Below, piece by piece: positions 1 to 12,271 of a stretch of DNA of 64,000 nucleotides. A program made the position numbers and the translations under genes. Positions within the stretch are counted from its first letter, which is position 1, and each line of letters starts with the position of its first letter. This stretch comes from Tubiluchus corallicola (lineage: Eukaryota; Animalia; Priapulida), in the NCBI GenBank assembly GCA_030141605.1, contig JAQGDQ010000047.1:124001-188000 (forward strand), given 5' to 3'. A model generated the notes under the pieces. That model worked only from the letters and a program-made list of their open reading frames with translations. It had not been told where the DNA came from and made no database searches.

Positions 1-639
1 ATGCATTGTCAAGGTTAAAGTGATACAAAACTACCTGCAAACCGCTGTATATAGATATAAAGTTAACCTTGGAATGTACTAGTTTTCTGTAACACAATAA
101 TTGTGACCTCAGGTTTGCGCGCAAACGATGTGTGAAATCTTTAACTTCCGTAACTTGTTGTGTCTGGTAACATCAAATTATTCATCATACACCTAACTAA
201 TTCATGGCTTCCAGTGCATATTAACGCAATACTTTACTGTACAGTATTGGTTCATTTCATTATTATGCTTTTTTGCAATGCCTTGTGTATGTGTAGGGGA
301 TGCGCATGCTGTGTGTGTGCATGCGTGGGTACTCTGCAGACTTAAGCATTATACTTATTAAGAATAAACCTACCTAGTCTTCAAAATATTATTCTGCTCT
401 TAATACAATATTCATTAAGTTGCATTTGCAATAGTTTATTTTGAAAGCCCTAATGTTATGCTAATGCCAGATACCTTACACCACTTAATAACATATGTAT
501 AAATGGTTCATTACTCAAATTAATCCCCACATAATCATTATCATAACGCTATCTACACTTAGTTAATCTAATTGTTCAAAATAGCAGCCCTTCGTGATAC
601 ACTTATTTAAACATTGCTTACAAATATCGTTTATTGATA

Positions 640-3500
640 TCATGATTTCACATACAAGTTTTAATCTGTTTTGAGGAAATCTGTTTTGTGTTTTGAAACA
701 ATATTTGTGGAAATCTTGCGCAAAAATAAAAATATTATAGTCGGTTCAGTCTATCGTCCACTGGGCGAAAGCCCATTCTTGTTTAAAGATAAAGGTGTTG
801 GGAGCCGAGTGGACCACTGAGCCAAGTAGACCAATTGGTCTACTTGGGCTGCCCAAGTAGGACATTAGAGACAGGTCGCGAATTGAGTCGTTAAGTGTAC
901 TGACACCGTCCGTTGTGCTTGTTTATTTAATAATAATAATTAAAAACGTTAGTACACATTGAATAATTTATACATCTAATAAAATAAAAGAATTTTATTC
1001 TGAGCTGGTAGAACGGACAATATTAATTTGGTTTCGATATTAATGTTGTTGAAGTGAAAAAAAACACTTTTTTGCGAATTCAACATTTGTTTAAGGTATA
1101 TCATTTTTGATTTTGTCGCACTTCACAAACAGGTGATCCGTTTCACTACCTCTTGGGCAAATAATTGTTTTCTTATAAGTAAATGTTCTAGCGATCTATG
1201 TGTCCTTAGCAGCATCTGTCTCATTTTTAAATTTGCAATTATTTCTGTAATAACTGTGTGCAGAATTTCTCTCTTTAAAGCATTAGATACTAGGTTTAAT
1301 GTTATGATATATTAATGGAGTTAATCATAATGATGAAATTATTGTAAGAAATGCATTTGTAAATTTTCAAAAATTTGACAAAATTACCGATTCTCGACAA
1401 AAATCGCTAGTGTCCTACTTGGGCTGCCCATGTAGGACGCTACTTTTAGCGCATCGGTTTTACCGGAAGTGGTCTACTTGGCTCAGTGGTCAACTCGGCT
1501 CCCTACAAAAGTATCCGATATTTTATCTAAAATTAACAGACATTCTTTAACTTTTCGACTCATGCTGACACTAAACATTTTCTTCACATTTTTTTTCAAA
1601 TTTTGCATTTCCGGTAATAACATGCCCAACACGAGTTAAAGATGCCTCAAACACAAAAACAGAATGTATAAGCTAACACTGAAAGGTAATCTTATTCTCA
1701 CTAATCAATACAAACAATATAGAAATAAAGTGAATAATTTTATAAAACTTGCTAAAACTAATTACTACAAAAATAAATTGGAAAATTATGAAAATAATAT
1801 AAAGAAAACCTGGACAATAATGAAAGAAACAATGAACAAAGGTAAAAAATCAGTTAATATCAAACTCAATGTCAGTAATAAAATACTGACCAATAATAGT
1901 GTAATAGTAGATAAATTCAATGAATATTTTGTGAGTATTGGATCGTCTCTTGCAAATAAAATAGGAAACTCATATAAGCGTTATTCAGAACATTTAATGG
2001 GAAATTATCCTAAGACTCTCTTTTTTGAACCAGTCAGCCTTGCTGAGGTAATAAATATTTGCGAAATGTTAAACTTAAATAAAAGTTCAGGGATAGACAA
2101 TTTTTCTCCTAAGGTTATTAACGTATCATGCCATCCATTGCCACACCTATCAGTCATATAATAAATACATCATTTATTAGTGGACAAGTCCCCAGTAATT
2201 AAAACAAGCTGTTATAATTTCCCTTTTCAAAAATGGTGATGACATTAAATCAGACAATTATCGACCTGTTTCTCTATTACCCTTTTTTCCAAAACAATAC
2301 AAAGAGCTGTACACAATCAACTTCTTAAATATTTAATTAAACACAATATTCTTAACAACACTCAGTTTGGATTTCGTAAAAGATATTCAACAGAATTAGC
2401 AATAATTAAAATTGTGAACGGATTGTAACCACTATTGAAACTACTAGCAGCAGGCGTTTTCTGTGACCTATCGAAAGCATTCGATACTATAGACCACTCA
2501 CTTCTTCTTCTTCATAAAATTAATTCATTATGGAATCCGAGGCATAGCGAATACTTGGCTTGTCAGTTACTTAACCAGTCATACTCAGCAAGTAAGATGT
2601 AATAATTGTTTGTCGGATGCACAAACTATGAAATATGGAATTCCCCAGAGATCCATATTGGGGCCTCTGTTGTTTTTGCTTTACATAAACCATCTAAGTA
2701 ACTTATTACATAACTCGAATCTATTTCAGTTTACTGATGATACAACTCTATTTTTTAATCTCTCTTCTTATGCAATAGAACAGATAAATGAGATGCTATC
2801 TGTAAATATCTGAAGATTGGTTCAGATCGAACAAATTATCTCTTAACCCCAACAAAACAAAATGCATGATTTTTCCTAACAAAAGCAAAAAACTTCCAAA
2901 TGATATAAATATATGTATTGATGGATATTTGATTGAGCGTGTAAATTGTTTAAATTTTTGGGACTAGTCCTTCACGAAAATTTAGACTGGAAGCCTCATA
3001 TAAACATGATAAGTCAAAAAATTGCAAAAAAACATTAAAATAATTTCATTTATCGAAAACAAACTATGTAAATTTCATTTATTATCTTTATATAATACAT
3101 TAATTTTGCCTTACTCAACTTACTGTTGTGTGTTATGAAGCAGAACTTATCCTACGAATCTGGTTATCTTAAATAGACATCAAGGAAAATTTCTCTGCAT
3201 TATAAATGGTCTCTCAAAATGTACAACAGTTCATAAATCATTATTTCGAAACAGTAAAATTTCAATTTTATAAGATTTAATTATGTTTAACCTCTCTATG
3301 TATATGTACAAAACACATTTCGGTTTATTTCCAACTACTTTCATTAATCCAGTATTACGTAACCAAACACAATATAGCACACATTTTAATGAATATTTTA
3401 TACCCTATTGTAGAACAATTCTTGGTAGACATGTTCTTAAATTCACAGCCCCCTTATAATAGAACAATATTCCTCCAAACATAAAAACAGCAAATCTATA
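640..3500 (+). mobile_element. Decayed non-LTR retrotransposon (CR1/L2-group LINE ORF2: APE endonuclease remnant + reverse transcriptase), frameshifted, interrupted by a MITE
   Basis: Translated fragments: IIVGSVYRP (~733-760, APE); ORF 1664-2161 (YKQYRNKVNNFIKLAKTNYY...KFNEYFVSIG...KSSGID); NYRPVSLLP (~2257); QFGFRK (~2363); DLSKAFDTIDH (~2465); GIPQRSILGPLLFLLYIN and FTDDTTL (ORF 2610-2813). Many stops and frameshifts. Boundaries approximate. Confidence 0.9.
796..1507. mobile_element. MITE / non-autonomous DNA transposon with 38-bp TIRs, inserted in the LINE endonuclease region
   Basis: Left tgttgggagccgagtggaccactgagccaagtagacca (796-833) vs reverse complement of 1470-1507 (2 mismatches). 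Internal palindromic repeat ctacttgggctgccca(a/t)gtaggac near both ends. Flanks carry AAAG on both sides, and removing the insert restores LINE reading LFKDK|VSDILSKI. Confidence 0.85.
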
Positions 3501-4168
3501 AAAAAATGTTTGAATCGTCATATGTTTTTGTCATATGTCTAACGCTGATTTGTATCGGTCATTTAGACACCGATGTTTCTTGTCAAAAATCAGTTGCAGC
3601 TAATGTGAACTTTGTCATTGTTTTCTTATTTTATGTTTTCTTTTGACTTTCCTTCTGTTTTCTTCTTTCCTTCTGTTTTCTTTCTACTGACTGCAACATA
3701 GTTCGTCTTTATTCTCTTCTGTTCTCATCATCTACCTTCTTCATTCTTTATTTCACATTTCATGGTGGCTTAACAAGGTCTACTTTTTAGCTACCATGCG
3801 GCAAACTTCAGCACCTTAATATAGTATTCTGGGGAGTCAGAACTTATTTTATTCTTTTGCTGTTTTCAATTATACAAGAAGTTGTACATGTATATTTGTA
3901 TTATTGTAGTTTGCCGTAACACAATTTGAGTTTGAATTGTTTATTTTGATGCGATTCACAGGAAATGTGCATACAGTATATACGTCACGCTGAAAAAGTG
4001 AAATTTTTTTATGCAAGACCATTTTAAACAGTGACGAAGACTTTACTTCTTAAAGTAAATGTCACTGCGTAGTTTGTTATATCGTTGTATTTTTTTGTAT
4101 TAATTTGTGATGTGTATATGAACTTTGTAAAGTTTGAAATAAAATATTAAATCAAACAAACTTTCTGT

Positions 4169-4172
<4 letters not shown>

Positions 4173-4222
<50 letters not shown>
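4173..4222. repeat. (TC)n microsatellite
   Basis: Direct inspection. Confidence 0.95.
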
Positions 4223-4227
<5 letters not shown>

Positions 4228-5039
4228 CCTTCCTCCTCTGCACTCTCTCTTTCAATCCTTTTTCTTTTTCCCTCTCCCTTCTTCGGGTACAGCACTACTT
4301 TATATTAAACAAAAATCAAGTGCAACTACAGCCTAAACTCACTTCAGCAAATCTATACTGTGTTCGTGCTCACGCGATGGTAGCTTCTCAATTACACAAA
4401 ATATGAAAAATTTTACACTTTTATATGAAAACCAGAACAAGTATTGCTCACTACCAATAGTTTATGTAATTACATTAATCCATTGCCTAAAGTTAGCTGG
4501 ATTTAAGTCTATGTCATCCAAGTTTCTAATCTGTTAACGGATGATGTCGTATTTGTTGCCCAACCTTATTTTGGCTTGATAACATTTGTCTTGATGTCTC
4601 GATTAATGCAATAAATTAATAATTGGGTAAGACGTTCCTAATTTTGTCCGAATGGATAAGACTGAGTGATCGCATGTGTTTACATTCGTCATCGTGAAAG
4701 TGACATTGCATAATTCATTTGCTGCCATCATTTTTTGTAACTAAGTTATAATTCTTTCAACTAGGCTTACTACCTAATACCATTTCATACGAATAGGTGT
4801 GCTAGTTAATAAGTTCAAGGAATATTAATAAGAAGTATAAGTTTATTTTGTTAGGTCTAAAATATCATAAGAGAATTGTAACTTGTCAATATTGAGTTAC
4901 ATATATTCAGATAATATAGAGAAGCAAAAAGGTCTATCGTCCCTTATAAAGCCACGCACATTTCAGCCTTCCCTGCAGCTGCTTTCATTTATTTTTATTG
5001 TAATTTTGGGTGTATCAGCTTTCGTGATTCGCTAAAGCT

Positions 5040-5560
5040 GTCTTAACCTAAATTTGTCTATGTCAAACTTAATCAAATTCAAGCAACGGTCCTAATTGGA
5101 CTCTGAAACCGTTTACTGAATTCCAACTAGCAGTGAAGTTACAACAACTCGTGAGATGGGCTTAAGTGCACTCAAAGACGGCTGTAGGAATACGATATAC
5201 AACACTGTCTTAGCAGTGTTGTAACACGTAATTAAGACAATTCACTTAAGTACATACGGTCATGTCGCGTACATGAATCTGGACAAATGAAGGTTTTAAT
5301 TTGCTTGCTCTTTGTTGCATAGCTTCAGTTTGCTTTTTCAAGCCTATGCTGCAGAAACCACGCATTGGCCATATTCCATGATTGGGCAAATAAGTCTGTA
5401 GAGTAGTTTAAATAAGTATCCCTTCAAGAAGAAAGAGATAACGACACACAATAATGCCAATACCCTATTAGCTTTTGAAAAGATTTGACCATTGTTCAAA
5501 GGACAGGTTATTATCAAACTAATGCGCCAAAACCTCTCACACATTTCACTTCATACAAAA
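5040..5560 (-). mobile_element. Decayed CR1-like LINE fragment (post-RT region)
   Basis: ORF 5344-5544 contains SKANRVLALL...LLYRLICPIMEYG, resembling the KANRxLGxI...LYxxLVRPxLEY motif of CR1-group ORF2. Boundaries approximate. Confidence 0.55.
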
Positions 5561-5639
5561 CATGTTCTCTATGTTCATGTGTTTAGTCGTGGCCCTTTCC
5601 CTGTTGTGGCCCCTAAAGAAAGTGACCCGTGAAGATCAA

Positions 5640-5820
5640 ACGTAGTTCAACAGCCAACTTTTTGCGGCATCACATGACCAACCCAAAAGCCGCAAAACTC
5701 CTGGTCGTTTATCGTTGATCTTGCAGTTTTTGTTTTCACAGAATTTTTTTATTCGAAGACTTCTAGTGATTGGTTATTAAGTGTTTTAATAACTGCTTCC
5801 ATTTATGAAGTGCTTTAGGT
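5640..5820 (+). promoter_or_regulatory. Putative promoter / non-coding first exon of ZMYND11, with donor AG|GTAATA at 5819
   Basis: Locally CpG-richer non-repeat stretch with a T-rich leader-like sequence ending in a donor-like site. It could pair with the acceptor tttag| at 10254-10255, 18 nt upstream of the ZMYND11 ATG. Inferred only. Confidence 0.35.
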
Positions 5821-6093
5821 AATACACCTAGTCGCTTTTCATCGGTTTCACGTCTGCCTCGCTCCCGTTTGGCAGCGCTGTATCCGATTTCTACATCTCG
5901 AATTCAACTCCCAATAACTTTCAGACTTGGTTCATTCTAACGTTTATTTCTTTTAATTTATCTGTATTTTAACATACATATCATCAATTACCGCCTTACA
6001 CCCATTGTTTTATTCATATTTTCAGTTTCACACGTCCATAAATGTCTTATCTACTGTATACTTAAAACAATGGCTTACTCATTAGTTTTAGGG

Positions 6094-6486
6094 CAGGGGT
6101 GTGCAAACTGCGGCCCGCGAAGAGGTTTGTCAACGTAATGAAAGTGCGGCCCACACGACCCAGCTGTAGTCTGCGCCAATATCGCAAAGATAGTGCGGGT
6201 AGTTTTTTCCTCTAGATCGGATGGCATTAACCCTTACAAGACCGTTGTCACTTAATGTCACTGTCGGACATGACAAAATATATGGTTTTTAATATAAATT
6301 TTAATAACTTCTAAAATAGTTTCTTGAGTGTAGTAGTGCAGTAGTGATGATGTGCGCAAATCGGATGCAAAAAGAATCGTTATTAGGTCCTACTGTACTT
6401 GGCTCCTTGACCAAACTGCATGTGCCCACAGGAATTGCGGGAATGTTTAATGTGGCCCGGCTAGTCAGATAATTTGCACACCCCTG
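6094..6486. mobile_element. hAT-superfamily MITE
   Basis: TIR caggggtgtgcaaa ... tttgcacacccctg with a perfect 8-bp TSD ttttaggg (6086-6093 and 6487-6494); subterminal cggcccg motifs. Confidence 0.92.
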
Positions 6487-6764
6487 TTTTAGGGGTTTAT
6501 GCGACCACAAAATATTATCGTTAAAATTAAATCGCTTTTTTGTCACTTACTGCATATGAATACATAGGATGACAACACAAGTTCTAGGCAAGCCATCATT
6601 TTATGTTGTCTTTCTTCAATTGGGAAGCTTTCTAATTGGAATTCACATAAAAAGCCCCACCCTTCAGGATGTCAGGATATATGAAAAAACCCGAACACCT
6701 GCATACTTGTAGTCCCATATGCAATAAATAATTTTAAACTTTCCAAGACAAAGATGATTCCTGA

Positions 6765-7090
6765 AGAATTGAAGAAAAATAATAAGAACAATCAGAAGAA
6801 GAAGAAGAAAAAGTAGAACAACAACAGACAGACACAGCAAGGGCAAGAAAAAAAGAACAAGGAAAACAAGAAGATGATGAAGAAAGATAAAAAAGATGAA
6901 CAAAAAAAAGAACAACAACAGACAGACACGACAATTCAGGACAAGAAGAACATGAATAACGGCAGCAGACAGACAGAGAAACAGAACAATAACAACAATC
7001 ACAAGAATAGGAACAACAAGAGAAGAAGAAAGAGAACAAGAAAATCGATGGTAGTGATGATGGTGATGGTTTGATAGGTAGTGATGATGT
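6765..7090. repeat. Low-complexity AAG/AAC/ACAG-rich decayed microsatellite followed by (GAT/GGT)n
   Basis: Direct inspection; explains spurious ORFs 6664-7074. Confidence 0.85.
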
Positions 7091-10000
7091 CGCTTAGTAA
7101 TGTTAATAAAAAACTAGCCAAGGCCCCGCAAAAAATTTGCGTATAAATCCACTTATAATCAACCATGCGCGAACATCCTCAGGGATGAGAATTTTCAGCG
7201 GATACGCGGAATTCTGAGTTTTTGGAAGACAAGTAGTGCCATTTTTGTAAATCGGATAAATTCGTTGAGAAAATTTTTACGGACCCAGTACATTATTTCA
7301 CAAGGTGACCGCTAGTTGGCAGGCCGTCACTTTGTTTACATCACATACATCAGTGTAACCATGTGTATATCTCTATGTATAAAAATATAGAATCAATTGT
7401 GTGGAGTTATTTGAGTCAATTGCAGACAGTTTTTATATACTTTTGCATAGGAGTGGCCAGTACTTGGGCATTTTTGAGACAATTAGGTATCATGTATCCT
7501 TGATAGCTGGGTATTATAAATTATGCATGTAGTAAAAGAATTTGAAATTTGTGTAGTTGTACCAGCTTTGGCTATGCCTAACAAAGCATAGTAGTGCTTT
7601 TTATACCTACTCCACCCCACTCCCGAAACTAGAAACCCCCATATGCTATGCCAAACAGTGCAGTATTGCTGGAAAAAAATCGTCTAGGAACACAACATTA
7701 AGAAACGGGTTGGTACTTAGTACTTTAGGGTGCTTTCATTTTATTGTAAATACGTTTTGGAAAATATAATTGGATGAGATCTTGACAAAACACTGTGAGA
7801 ACCACAAGTGATTTATATAGTGCAATTAAACGGAGTAAAAATGTAATAATTTACATTACAGGGTTATTTTGTATTGCATCATAGTTGTTTGTTTATAGAG
7901 GTCCAGCCCATCCAGGGAATGTGACAGGCTGACTCGTACTGGCTGCCCAGAGAGAGAGAGAGAGAGAGAGCCAGTGTTGCTTGAGCGTACATGTCAGAGA
8001 TATGCTGACCCAATTTGGGCCCGCAGGATCTATAAAGATTGAATCAGCGCTCTGCAAAATCAACGGACTGTATACAATATGTAGATCCTTAACTCTGCAT
8101 GATCCTTCAACAAAGAAACAAATTTTCTAAAACTAAGACTATGATTTAGCTCAATTAAAGATTGTACGTTTTTTGCGCTTGAAGTGGGCTACTGAGTAAT
8201 TGCTGATACATACTTTTGGCTTGCACATTAGAAAAAATTGCATAAGCTTTCATAAAAATTAATATTCCAGCTTTGAGACCAAATCCGCAAGCAATAGTTA
8301 AGAAATAAACTGGATTCGCGGCTCTGCTGGGTCTGCAGATCCGCGAGAAAACTTTGCTGACCAGGTCCGTATTCTGCAAAATTGCGAATCTCTGCTATGT
8401 GAATGCTATAGCTTAACTGAAATGACTGAAAGCGGAGCTATGCAAGCTCAATGTTTGAGAGTGTTTATCACATGATTTTTCTGTGTTAAAATGTTTCATT
8501 TTTCATTTTCTTGTATTTCAAACTATTCTCTTAGATATCTGCTACGCTTAAACAGATCTGGGAACAGTACTAACATTGCTCTCTTTACCGCTAATGTCGG
8601 CAAAGTTTGGAAAACTGGTTAACTTGGTGATTATCAGGAATTTATCCTTCAGAAGCGTGCGAAGCAAAATTTTGAGTCAAGTATGCCGAGTTATTTCAGT
8701 CAATTACCGACAGTTTTTATGTACATTTGAATAGAAGCGGCCCATACCAAGCGTTTTTGAGTCTAACTGCAGTCCAGCAGCACCTACTGTATATCATCTA
8801 ACTAAACTCTTGAATCCATTTGAGGTTTATTGTCAAACGTAACGAATTTTCTTCCCGCTAAATGGTTCACTTTATCTGTACTTACACAACACAATCTTTA
8901 ACGGCTTCTCCAATTTGAAACTTATTAGTAACTTCAGTGAGTGTTATAACTCAGCACATACTTGCTTATTCATATTAAATACACGTGACTGACATTTTCT
9001 GCTAAACGTATCCTACACAGTTCAACGATCAATCTCTTAACCAACTGTTGAAAAACATGTTTCCCTAAACACTAAGTTGGTGGACATCGTATGATATTTA
9101 CAGTACTCTAAATACCTGTATAATGTGAATATATGATCACTGATTCCTCTTCGTATTTTCCACCACACTTACTTTCACTCTTTCATGCATTCAACATTTG
9201 ATTTTCTTTAGCAAAATTCTTTCTGGCAACTTTCGGACATTACCTGTGAGAAAAATTCCTCCCCTTCACATTTTCTTCTTTCTTCTGATAGTCATATTAT
9301 TCCGTTCTAAAGGAACTTCTGATTTATTCCGATTTGTTGCTATTATTATTATTTTTCGTCGTGTAATTACGTTGATGTGAATTTCATCACTGCAGAACAA
9401 AATTAAGTAATATGCATGATTACTTTATTCATGTATCTCTTTATTAGTGATTCGAAAATCTTTAAAACTGAATTCAGATTCAAAAATGATGAAATACGGT
9501 TTGTTTTAGACAAATTTGTCGCATGGATAGAACACATTGGACTGTATATTTTAGGGAAATTTTTTTGAAAAAGCTAAACATTAAAATCCCATGCACATGC
9601 AGACAAAGAACATTTCTTTGTGGACAAACTCTGCCTCAATGCTGTCACTTGTCCTAACACAATGCAGGCAGACATGTCGCAGATTGCATGTTTAGGCTAG
9701 TCACCGTCTGATCACTATCATTAATACAAGAGATAATACAGCTGTATCTCTGTAAAATTTGTTTGTTTATGCAATAGAAAAGCTGTTAAGTTACCAATTT
9801 GAGAAACATTTGTTATACGTCAAGTAGGATTGATCAATGCAATGTACTAAATTTAGAATTTCTATAATCCATTCGAAATTTTCCCCAATTCAGATATCCA
9901 ATTCTGTTCTACCCCTAATCACAGTATTATAACACACTAATGTTTATTGGCCAAGAAATAAGTTTTCAAAAATATTAAAATTGTAGTACACAAAATCAAT

Positions 10001-10273
10001 GTCAATACAAAGAATAAAAATTTTGGCATTTATTCGTTTGATGATAGCTTGAGACTATTAATGAAGGTTGTAAATGAGTGATTGGCAGTATGCTAAATCA
10101 AATCAAAAGAGAATGTTGTAATTAATCAAATTGGAAATAAAAGAGAAAATCACAAAATTTGAAAATCCAGCATCAGTTTTGTAATTGTATGCAAATTTGC
10201 CTTTATGACCACTGTCATATGTACAGTTTTCTAAATAATATGCTCTTTTATTTAGATTTGAGTTGTAAACATC

Positions 10274-12271
10274 ATGGTAAAAGCAGCTGTTCGACGCCAA
10301 GCATCTCCTCAGATTGTTCTTAAATTATGGGAAGCTATCAGCTCTATTCGTTATTCAAGACAAATTCCAAACATGGCTCGTATCACAAATTACATGTTGA
10401 AACACGAACAGTATGCTGTAGAAGATACTAACCAACAAGTACAGTATGCCGTTGAAGATGGTTTAGTTGTTGAGAGAGTGAGCATTGGTTGCAAGGGCAG
10501 TAAAGCTGGTGTTGAACAGACGGGTTATCGAATTCCGGATGACGACGTCGAAAAAGATACTCATGACTGGTATTGTTTTGAGTGTCATAAAGGTGGCGAA
10601 GTAATAGAATGTGGCACTTGCTTTCGCGTCTATCATCCGACTTGTGTTCGCAACCCTGATGTATTAAATTCATCTCATTTTTCTTGTCTTATTTGCAAAA
10701 AAGTGAAAAACAAAAGCTACATTAAACAAGCTCTCTTAAACAAGCTGCTCGGATATGTAACACAGCGTTTGAAGGAGAAATCAAAAGACTTGCACAAGAT
10801 CTGCACAAAAGAAGAAGATGCTTGGCGATATAAAATGTTAGTGTGCATGCCGGTAGATCTAAACACCATGGAGATGAAAGGGAAAAAAGGTAGATATCAG
10901 ACATTAGAGGAATATCGAGCCGATGCCTGTATACTTCTCCACAATGTCATCATATTCTTTGGTCCTTATAGTAAGATGACAGCTTTAGCAACACAAATGC
11001 TAAGTGATTGTAATTACGATCTGTCTGAAATAGAAATTTGCAAGGACTGTTATCACATGTCAAATGCTAAGCCACCCAACTGGTTTTCTAGACCTTGTGA
11101 TCCACCTCATGAACTCGTGTTTGCTAAGCAGAAGGGCTTCCCATATTGGCCCGCAAAAGTTGTGCGACATGTGGATAATACTTACGACGTCAGATTTTTT
11201 GGCGGGCATCATCAGCGTGCAAAGCTTGATGAGGAGAATATTATTCCTTTTAAATCACAACTGCGCGACCAAAATATAAAAAACACTCCAGGGTTCAAAA
11301 AAGCCCTTAATGAATTACATTATCTGGAAAGACTTATAGCAAATGCAGAAAAACTCGAATACGATGATGAAGAGGACGATGACGAAGAGGTTGAAGAAAA
11401 GAAAGAGCTCGCTTCTCCACGTCTTAGCGTCAACAAAGATTTTACAGTGGTTAAATCATCTAGCAAAGCTCGATCACTTACCAAAAAACCAGCAGCAGAA
11501 CTTGTGCCAACTGTGAAATCAACACGTAAGAAGCGCAAGCCACGTTGGAGGTATTCAGATGATGAAGATGACGAATATTCTCCAAAAAAGATTGTATCAC
11601 GCAGTGCACCGAAAAAAGCAAAAACTACTGTTGGAAAGAAAGAGAAAGAATACACTCCTGAACGTAAAAAAGGCAGCACTGGTAAGCGCAGTACAAAGAA
11701 AAAGGCTATGGGATTGGGTTCAGATACCTACCAATCATCCACACTACTGAAAACACCCAAATCAAGTGGTAAAAAACGAAAGTCAAAACTTGAAGAATCA
11801 TCTGACATGGTATCGTCAACCATCGAGTATGGGGATGATACGGGTAACTCGTCTGCATTAAGCCACGATCGCACAAAAGCAAATACCACCCCTACTGGTA
11901 GTTGCTGCGAGCAAAGTTGTAAAGATCTTCAGAAAAGGCTTACCTCTGAATTTGAGGCTGAGAAAGCCAGGGCACTGCTTGTGCAAAAAGAAACATTGCT
12001 GGAAAAATTCGAAAATGAGAAACAAGAAGCACTTGAGATAGAGATAGCTCGTATCAAAGAAGAACATGCCAATGAAATAAAACAACACATGCAAAAGCAC
12101 CAAGAAACTATATCTGATGTGAAAAGACGCCAGTGGTGTAGCAATTGTGAACAAGAGGCTATGTACCATTGTTGTTGGAATACCAGTTACTGTTCCATTC
12201 AATGTCAACAGGAGCACTGGAAGGAACACAAACGCACATGCAGACGAAAACAAAGTAGCAGCAAGCAGTGA
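10274..12271 (+). CDS. ZMYND11: Zinc finger MYND domain-containing protein 11 (BS69) orthologue, 665 aa, uninterrupted CDS
   Basis: N-terminal SAMD1-like winged helix (RQIPNMARI...[17 protein letters not shown]), PHD (HDWYCFECH...[12 protein letters not shown]), bromodomain (PVDL...YQTLEEY...LLHN), zinc link (ICKDCY...[13 protein letters not shown]), PWWP ([13 protein letters not shown]...VRFFG), coiled coil, and C-terminal MYND ([43 protein letters not shown]). Acceptor at 10254-10255; tandem AATAAA near 13454-13465. Confidence 0.96.
   Translation: MVKAAVRRQASPQIVLKLWEAISSIRYSRQIPNMARITNYMLKHEQYAVEDTNQQVQYAVEDGLVVERVSIGCKGSKAGVEQTGYRIPDDDVEKDTHDWYCFECHKGGEVIECGTCFRVYHPTCVRNPDVLNSSHFSCLICKKVKNKSYIKQALLNKLLGYVTQRLKEKSKDLHKICTKEEDAWRYKMLVCMPVDLNTMEMKGKKGRYQTLEEYRADACILLHNVIIFFGPYSKMTALATQMLSDCNYDLSEIEICKDCYHMSNAKPPNWFSRPCDPPHELVFAKQKGFPYWPAKVVRHVDNTYDVRFFGGHHQRAKLDEENIIPFKSQLRDQNIKNTPGFKKALNELHYLERLIANAEKLEYDDEEDDDEEVEEKKELASPRLSVNKDFTVVKSSSKARSLTKKPAAELVPTVKSTRKKRKPRWRYSDDEDDEYSPKKIVSRSAPKKAKTTVGKKEKEYTPERKKGSTGKRSTKKKAMGLGSDTYQSSTLLKTPKSSGKKRKSKLEESSDMVSSTIEYGDDTGNSSALSHDRTKANTTPTGSCCEQSCKDLQKRLTSEFEAEKARALLVQKETLLEKFENEKQEALEIEIARIKEEHANEIKQHMQKHQETISDVKRRQWCSNCEQEAMYHCCWNTSYCSIQCQQEHWKEHKRTCRRKQSSSKQ

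Noticed and set aside
6664-7074. Hydrophobic or Lys/Asn-rich ORFs
   Set aside because: Translations of low-complexity AAG/AAC repeats.
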